From: Vermamoeba vermiformis
Lineage: Eukaryota
Assembly: GCA_045837725.1 (NCBI GenBank)
Contig: JBEWZL010000093.1
Coordinates: 49,424-69,423, forward strand
Direction of reading: 5' to 3'
DNA length: 20,000 bases
Below, piece by piece: positions 11,637-18,831 of this stretch. The notes under the pieces are model-generated. The model saw nothing but the letters and a program-made list of their open reading frames with translations, did no database searches and was not told the DNA's origin. Numbering within the stretch: position 1 is the stretch's first letter; each line of letters begins with the position of its first letter. The position numbers and the translations under genes are program-made.

Positions 11637-12910
11637 ATGGAAAACACATGGACGTCGCAACGAGATTTTTTTTCGAGCGGCGGCGTTCCTTTGCCACCAA
11701 TATTAAACAATAATATTAAGATCTTCGAAGGTCTATTTTATGCATTGCTCAGTTTGTTTGGAATTGTATTTTTAATATCTCTGTCATTTTGTATCAAAGC
11801 ATGGATGTGCTCTGTCGACAAACGGCGAATTACAATCGTCAAAATAATTTATGGTAAGTTCCATCTAATTTTCTCTCAATTAAATCGCGCAAATTTTACT
11901 ATAATATGCTGGAGTTATATAAAAAATATTTATTAACATACACGATTTTATTTATTTAAGTTTTAATCGCATCTGGTGCCGTTCTCAATTAGACACGTAA
12001 ACTAATTAATTATTTCTCAGCGTTGCTTCCTTGGGCGATGTTAGGCAAGTTAATTACGCCGGTATAATTTGCAATTTTTCGCAGCTAATATTTGATCAGC
12101 TCGCATGATAGAATTCGTAACTAACATCGCATCTGGTGCCGAGAATTTTCTGGTAGCTGGAATTATGACGCAAACTAAAGCTCAAATATTCTTTGGCAGT
12201 CTCCCTGGCTACATTTTCTTTTCGTCATATATACTGCTCGTGTTATTTTGGTACGATTCGTGCACGCCGTTTCGTTAAAATAACTAACTTATGTTTCCAG
12301 GATCATTTTGTATTACAGATCGCGCGATCAAGACGTGCAATTCTTAAATAAGCTAAGCAAGATCTACTTGTTGCTTAATTTGGCCGTGTATTCAATTTAT
12401 TTTGGCCTTTTGACGCTGTTGTTCACCTTACCAACGGACGACGTCGCGAGGATTGTTCACCCAGTCGAGGTAATTAGCTTACTCCTTCACTGATGATTAC
12501 TAAGAGTGCGAACTGTAGGCGTGCTATGCAGGAAGTTTAAGTATCGCGGCAGCTCTTGGCTTCGTCATTTACGGACGGCGTGTGTACGCGCGATTAAATT
12601 ACATGGTCGTGGCATCAAAAACAAGACAGCAAATGTGTCGCAAAGTAAGCTGGCGCTATACACTTTACCAGATGCTAATTGTATCCAGATTGGTTATCTG
12701 ACCATTGTGTGCTCAATTGTCTTCAGTCTGCGATCAGTCATCATTTTTTTGTCAATATTTGTCTTGAGACCTGACATGGTGGTTCTAAATCTGCTATCAA
12801 AGTTAGTTTTCCATTTGTTATGTGAACTAGGTCCTACTCTGACTATAATATGGTTTTTGAACAAGTCACGATCTAATATTAATGACTCTCAGCAGCCCTT
12901 GCTTTTGTAA
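11637..12910 (+). CDS. TOM1/THH1/TOM3 (tobamovirus multiplication, DUF1084)-family multi-pass membrane protein; exons 11637-11853, 12021-12044, 12100-12250, 12301-12469, 12519-12644, 12689-12910
   Basis: The spliced product has about 7 hydrophobic segments and family-like motifs LPGYIFFSSYILLVLFWIILYYRSR, GFVIYGRRVY, KIGYLTIVCSIVFSLR and LLCELGP. The C-terminal DSQQPLLL resembles an acidic dileucine sorting signal. Confidence 0.85.
12045..12099 (+). other. GC-AG spliceosomal intron in the TOM1-like gene (55 nt)
   Basis: Donor TAG|GCAAGT, branch GCTAAT, acceptor ATCAG. The nearby GT donors I tested gave frameshifts or stops. Confidence 0.75.
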
Positions 12911-14220
12911 ATAAAACTTTAGTTCTGATGATTTACTATGCAAATTGCTGGAACTTGAAGGTGATTGCCACAAGACACAATCATTCTTGCATACTGATGG
13001 TTACTATGTCCCATACAGTGCAAGCTATGATTTTGAGAGTTAAAAATATTGCACCTTTTTCACTTGAAGCTGCAAAATAAAGCTGGAAAAATTGTAAATA
13101 GAATATTCATAGTAATTTATCAATTAAATCTACAATCTGTCGAAAAGAGCTTCTTCACACCAATGCTCCAATGAACATCACTTTGCATGTATTACCTTTG
13201 CCAACTGAGTCCTTAGAGTGGCATGCAACCAGCAGCCAAAGTCAATCAGCTCTGAAACTAAGACGTCTGAGCTCCCTGCCAAGTTGGAGTTATCCAATGC
13301 TGTTGTTATTCATGTATCCTTTACACAATAACTGACATCTAATTCAATTATATATTAATTTTCAAAATGGCTAATAACTTACCTTATCATACTTACATAC
13401 TACAGCACTTGGCCAAACAGGGCTACCCCTCAAAACTACTGATGCTGCGCAATTGACAGTGCATTAGAAAATTGTCCACCAGATTAGATCAAGCCAGAGC
13501 CACAAAGATTCATTTGTGTGCTGGACGAATGAATTAGAACAAGCAGGAAAAGACCAGTTGCAGACACTCTGTTGGCAAAATGGCTGCAGAATGTGATGCC
13601 AGAGAACCTTCAAACTGTGGCAATCAAAGCTAACTTTATCCTCCAAAACTTTGCAGTAAGCCAGATTCACCCAGAAGTTGCTAAGTATCTCCCCTTGTTG
13701 GTGTTCCTGTAAGAAACATTTATTTAAAATTTGCCTAACATTGCTGTTGCAAGATAATACCTGAAAGTCTTCAGTAAACTTGCTCCATGGGGGCTCCAGA
13801 AATTTTGATACATTGAGTTTACATCACAATACAGGACATGTCACAATGGATTTTTGGGCAAAAATGCAGTATCAACTGGCTGACTATGTTGAAAAGTTAA
13901 TAGCAGCAAATTGCATTACATACCCCAAGTCTTCATCTTTCCTGATTTGATTGAGCACATCATAAATCTTTCTTTTAAAGTTGATGTCCTTCTTGTGATG
14001 CTTCATCCATTTGTGCCAATCCTCATAGTTGCTCTCTCAACTACATAATCATCAACATTGTATTTTATTGAATAAATCTTTCAACCAGCACCACAGTCCT
14101 GAACATTGGGTCTGATTCCACGACTTTGGCAACCTGGCTGCTGCTGGCAACACGTCACTGAGAGGACTATAATGCAACAACTTTTAGAAGTGGATCCTCT
14201 TTGCAACGTGAGAGCAGTGT
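12660..14220. other. Sharply CpG-depleted domain
   Basis: By eye, 4 CpG in 12901-14100 (1200 bp), versus roughly 3 per 60 bp in the ATP-grasp gene. TG, CA and GC dinucleotides remain abundant. Confidence 0.9.
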
Positions 14221-14550
14221 ATGTATTTAGTTAGTACTTGCACAGGTTTTACTCAGCAAAGAAAGATAAAATACAGCCGGATCATGACAATCAACTGCTG
14301 TTATGTACCGTAAAAGGCAAGCTGATTTAACTGCAGTGAACTATCGGCATTAGGTGAGCCTTCCCACAGTATTCTTCCAGTCAAATACACATCACTTACC
14401 ATCTATTGTTGATAAGCAGAGCCTGTGATCTGTTGGGGTGGGATTGGAGAGATTTTAGTACGCCGTGCGTAACATTTTTGCTAGAGCACCGATAGAACAC
14501 CACAGAGAGAGGTCCTCTCCAGAGAAAAAGTGTTATACTTGTTGTTGTTT
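13130..14550 (-). pseudogene. Decayed intron-containing gene of unknown family
   Basis: Residual introns (GTAAGT at ~14399, GTATGT at ~13923 ending ATAG, acceptors TTACAG and AATTAG). Protein-like frames are broken mainly by TGA, e.g. WLKDLFNKIQC**LCS*ESNYEDWHKWMKHHKKDINFKRKIYDVLNQIRKDEDLG and VSYCVKDT*ITTALDNSNLAGSSDVLVSELIDFGCWLHATLRTQLAKVIHAK*CSLEHWCEEALFDRL. The 5' boundary is approximate. Confidence 0.65.
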
Positions 14551-14645
14551 GCATGGTGTTAGTGGTGCGAAGGAATACAAACAAATATTATACAGGATTT
14601 AGGGCTGGGGCTAGGATTTTTGTTGACAAAAATAAATATCACCCT

Positions 14646-15290
14646 GTACACTTTGGTGTACGCTCGCTCAATGCCATACTATGCTGTACACTTTGATGTA
14701 CGCTTGTTCAATGTCGTACACTTTGATGTACACTCGTTCAATGCCGTACACTTTGATGTACGCTCGTTCAATGCTGTACACTTGATGTACACTCGTTCAA
14801 TGCCATACACTTTGGTGTACGCTCACTCAATGCCGTACTATGCTGTACACTTTGATGTACGCTCGTTCAATGCTGTACACTTTGATGTACGCTCGTTCAA
14901 TGCCGTACACTTTGATGTACGCTCGTTCAATGCCGTACACTTTGATGTACGCTCGTTCAATGCCGTACACTTTGATGTACGCTCGTTCAATGCCGTACAC
15001 TTTGATGTACGCTCGTTCAATGCCGTACACTTTGATGTACGCTCGTTCAATGCCGTACACTTTGATGTACGCTCGTTCAATGTCGTACACTTTGATGTAC
15101 ACTCGTTCAATGCCGTACACTTTGATGTACGCTCATTCAATGCCGTACACTTTGATGTACGCTCGCTTGATGCCGTACACTTTGGTGTACGCTCGTTCAA
15201 TGCTGTACACTTTGATGTACACTCGCTTGATGCCGTACACTTTGGTGTACGCTCATTCAATGCCGTACACTTTGGTGTACGCTTGTTCAA
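14646..15290. repeat. Tandem array of ~21 copies of a 30-bp unit, consensus GTACACTTTGATGTACGCTCGTTCAATGCC
   Basis: Directly visible. Central copies (about 14875-15054) are identical and flanking copies are diverged. There are no spacers. Confidence 0.98.
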
Positions 15291-15339
15291 CACCTTGGGA
15301 AAAATTAAAAGAATTTTTATGTCCAGTTCAGTGTTGCCA

Positions 15340-17562
15340 TTAGTGATGTCGGTACTTGGCCACAAGTTCATCCACATTAGGATCGTACTGGGCATGCTTC
15401 AAGACCTGAACCTTCTTCACGAAGTAAGGCTGTACTTTTCGCTGCAAATACTAAAGTTAGTTATCAATAACAATTTTAATTTTAGATGCGTACCTTTTTT
15501 TGAGGAGGCTCATCTTCGCCACTGTCCTCATCACGAGCCTTTCGTTTTCCGGAAGGTTTTTCCGGGGACTTGCTGGAGGCTGCTTGTTTTGACCGAGGCC
15601 GCTCGTCGTCGCTCACCTTGCCCACCTGCTTTTTCTTCGGTGACGGGGACTTTGAGGCTGCTTTTTTTGACCGAGGCCGCTCTTCCTCCTCGTCTACCTT
15701 GCCCACCTGCTTTTTCTTCGGTGACGGGGACTTTGAGGCTGCTTTTTTTGAAGGAGGCCGCTCTTCTTCCTCCTCGTCCACCTTGCCCACCTGCTTTTTC
15801 TTTGACGGGGACTTCGAGGCTGCTTTTTTTGAAGGAGGTCGCTCTTCCTCCTCCTCGTTATCTTCCACCACCCTCTTCTTCTTTGCCGGGGACTTGGTGG
15901 CTGCGTCTTTTGCACGAGGCTGCTCGTTATCTTCCTCCTCCTGGCCTCTCTCTTCCCTCGTAGACTTTTTCTTTGGTGAGGACTTCTTGGGGGCTGCAGA
16001 CTTTTCTCGTGGGCCAGACTGAAGTTCTGTGTCCTCAATCTGCTCGGTCACATCCTCCTCACGAGCAGATGCTGCGCGAGTTGTCTAAAATAGATAAATT
16101 TAGTTTTTTATCTTAAACTTATAACAGCATACCATTCGCGGTTGTGGTGTTGACGCGGAGCTTGATAGCTGCCGCCCTTCGTTTGCCAAGGGCAGGTCTA
16201 TTTTCTCCTCAAGTTCACCACTGGTGAACGTGATGTGGTTGATGTAACGAGATAAAGCCATTGGCTGATCCAAATCAATGTTATTTCGAGGTCGCTGTAG
16301 GTTATTTGTTAGAACAAAGGTAAAGGAAAGGAAAATTTGACTTACTTGGGCGCTTTCAATGTCCTGAGATGAGCCAGCTGAGTCATTTGGCACCACACCA
16401 CTTGCAACAGCATTGTTTGCCTATAAAATATTAGCTATTGGATTCTTGTAGCTGGTTTTTTCTCACCTGTCCCGGAGTGGCTTGGTTTGAGCCTTCAGCA
16501 GAGGAAGATTGCTCGGCAACTACTCCACTGGGAGGGGGGCTCGTTAAGTCCGCATTGGATTGCTCTGCACCACTGGGAGGGGGACTCGCTGAGTCCGCAT
16601 TCGATTGATCAGCGCCAACGGCGCTGCTGGGAGAGGGGCTCGCTGAGTCCGCACTTTCCTGCTCACCGTCAGGCAACGAATTAACACCATCTCCAGACTC
16701 AGAAATAACGTTGGCATTATTCTGGGATGCACTGCCACTCGATTGCTTGCCGCTGCCAGACTCGGAATGACCGACGCCTGAATTCTCCCCCGAAGAGTGC
16801 TGGCTTGCTTTCTCCCCACTGCTTGACTCTGGCAGGACACTGCGCTCGTTCTCCCGTGAGGCACTTTGGTTGTCTTGCCCCAATGCATCAGGCTCAGGTA
16901 TCATCACATTAGTGTTCGAAGGTTCAGGCACCAATGCTTGGTCATTGCCCTCCTACGTGAAAAATATTAGCTATCAAACCCTCGTAGCTAGTTTTTTAAC
17001 GTACCTGGCTAGCTGAACTGTTTGGCGGTAGTGCCTGCGTTGGCGGTGCCGACGAAACTAGCTGCGTCGCATCAGGGTCGGCTTGTCCTTGCGACTGCTC
17101 TCTTGTTCTTCGCGGGGGGCGGCGGCGCCCAGATTGACTACCACTAGAGTTCTGGCTTTGACCACGACCGCGTCCATTTCCACGAGTTTGCTGCCCTGCG
17201 CTCTCTTGACTCGCACGCTCCCCATTGCGAGACGCTAGCCGAGCGGCTCTGTCGGCAGCTTGTTGCTCCTCTCGCCTGACCCGTGCTTCAATGTCGTTGA
17301 CGGTCGTCTCGTACGTAGTGTTTCGAGCCCTTTTTAAAATAAAAATTTAGTCGTAATTATTACTTATTAATTTTGTAATATAATAATGTTTTAACTAATT
17401 TTAATTACGAATATTTAATTTATTTTTAAAATATTATTTCTTAAATTAAAAAACTTACATTGCCCGGATCAAAGTATCGTCTGAGGCCCTAAATATTTTT
17501 AATTAGTAATTATTTTGAAATACAACGGTTACTTACTGATAACCACGTCTTCGTGACGTCAT
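15340..17562 (-). CDS. Orphan intrinsically disordered protein (~601 aa) with Arg/Gly-rich N-terminus, Ser-rich middle and SPKK-type repeats; exons 17562-17537, 17488-17459, 17329-17005, 16952-16467, 16420-16346, 16294-16133, 16084-15494, 15450-15340
   Basis: Eight exons joined by GT-AG introns give one open frame of 1806 nt, from MTSRRRGYQASDDTLIRAM to QYDPNVDELVAKYRHH*. No recognisable folded domain. Confidence 0.8.
15570..15860 (-). repeat. Coding tandem repeat, ~3.5 copies of ~25-26 aa (EEEERPPSKKAASKSPSPKKKQVGKVD)
   Basis: Visible at both DNA level (~75-80 bp period) and protein level in ORF 15482..16051. Confidence 0.92.
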
Positions 17563-17643
17563 TGAGGTGTTCGGTTTCAAGATTTTTGTAAAATTGCTCA
17601 GATCGAGAACAACACAAACACGTGACGGAAAAATTGCAACGCG
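17563..17643. promoter_or_regulatory. Very short bidirectional promoter region (81 bp between divergent ATGs)
   Basis: ATG at 17562 (-) and predicted ATG at 17644 (+). Contains CACGTGAC and two AAAATTGC. Depends on the predicted 14-nt first exon being right. Confidence 0.55.
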
Positions 17644-18814
17644 ATGGCTAATTTTAAGTAAGTAACATATAAAATTCTTTAATATCAGTGCTTTGCTTTT
17701 AAAATTGAAAGTTTCCAGATCCGGATCACGAACCCGGACTGAAATAAATTTTATTTTAAATAATTAATTAATTTTTTACAGCTCCAGCTTATAATCCACA
17801 CGCCGTTTTATTTTTTCTATAATATTTTGATTTCAATTACAAAATTCCTGACGCTTTAATTTATTACAGGTTAATTGAAGAAGACTTCCTCGTTGACGAG
17901 GAAAACCAAGATTTACGCTGCACGGTGGTCGGGGTAAACGAGATTACTGGCATTGCCTGCCCTACTGTTAAAAAATATGCAAAGCTTGAAGGATTAGGTA
18001 ATAACGTGTGTAATCTAGCTATCAGATCCTCATAGCTATTTTTCGTAGGTGAAAAACTTCCCGTAGGCTCGCTAGGCCCCAACATCAAGCTTCACCAAAG
18101 CAAACGCGAAGGGTATTGGTTCGATATCAACGATATCAATACGCTACTTCAAATAAAAACGAAGATATCAAAGATGGAACAGCTTCAGAAAATAAGGTAA
18201 CTCTTTTATTACTGTTCTAAATTACTAATTGATTAGAAATACGATCGCACGACTGAAGCTCGTGGATATTATCGAAGCCGACCTCGTGGAAGAAGAAGAC
18301 AAGTCTTTTCTCAAGGTAAGCTGAACTAATAAAACTTTTAACTATTTATTTACTAAATAATCTACAGCTCTTTCGTCGCGATGATATTAAATCTGAGCCC
18401 GTTGCTGTTGGCGATCACAAGCTTCTTTCCGAGAGTGAATTACGCAAGAAAACGGCTACTGAAAGACTGAAGAAAGGCTGGAGTGCCTTTCCAGATATCG
18501 CCGAGGTCATTGCTGCGAAGTTTGGCGTGGACATGGCCGAGATAAAGCAGCTAGATACAGAATCAAACACTATCCCGCTGTTTGATGCGTATCACGTCAA
18601 ATACCAACAGCTGGTACGCGGTCCACAGCACAACTCCGAACATTCAGATAGTTCGGATGTAGAATCGCTCTCGCGCGAGGAAGAACACGAGGAGGAAGAC
18701 GAGGACGAGGAAGAGGACGATGAGGAAGAGGACGAGGAAGAGGAAGAGGATGAAGAAGGTGACGAAAGTGGCGAAGAATCACCTTCTGATTTCATGGACG
18801 ATGATTTTATGTAA
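17644..18814 (+). CDS. Orphan protein (~271 aa) with a long Asp/Glu C-terminal tail; exons 17644-17657, 17870-17997, 18049-18196, 18237-18315, 18368-18814
   Basis: GT-AG introns give a continuous 816-nt frame: MANFKLIEEDFLVDEENQDLRCTVVG...GYWFDINDINTLLQ...LKKGWSAFPDIAEVIAAKFG...EEEDEDEEEDDEEEDEEEEEDEEGDE...DDDFM*. The first exon is the least certain. Confidence 0.78.
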
Positions 18815-18831
18815 ATAAAATTATTTATTTA
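18812..18831. terminator. Shared palindromic 3' end of two convergent genes, AATAAA on both strands
   Basis: TAAATAAA-ATTA-TTTATTTA. Each arm starts with one gene's TAA stop codon, which overlaps an AATAAA. Confidence 0.55.

Noticed and set aside
14597-14618. Telomere-like TTTAGGG seed beside the array
   Set aside because: Only one copy plus degenerate G-runs, which is compatible with chance.
13014-14648. Tc1/mariner-like termini (TACAGTG at ~13014, CACCCTGTA at ~14640)
   Set aside because: The two ends match for only about 5 bp, and I recognised no DDE transposase remnant between them.
14646-15290. CRISPR array
   Set aside because: Units are head-to-tail with no unique spacers, there are no cas genes, and the context is eukaryotic.
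14620-15963. 447-aa + strand ORF and the other ORFs crossing the array (AVHFDVRSFN, KCTALNERTS, YGIERAYIKV repeats)
   Set aside because: The 30-bp unit lacks stops in several frames, so ORFs arise automatically. A 29-bp unit and 10-bp insertions shift the register, and the distal half is antisense to a real exon.
17658-17869. Intron-encoded box C/D snoRNA in the long intron
   Set aside because: CTGA is present but I found no RTGATGA C box or terminal stem.
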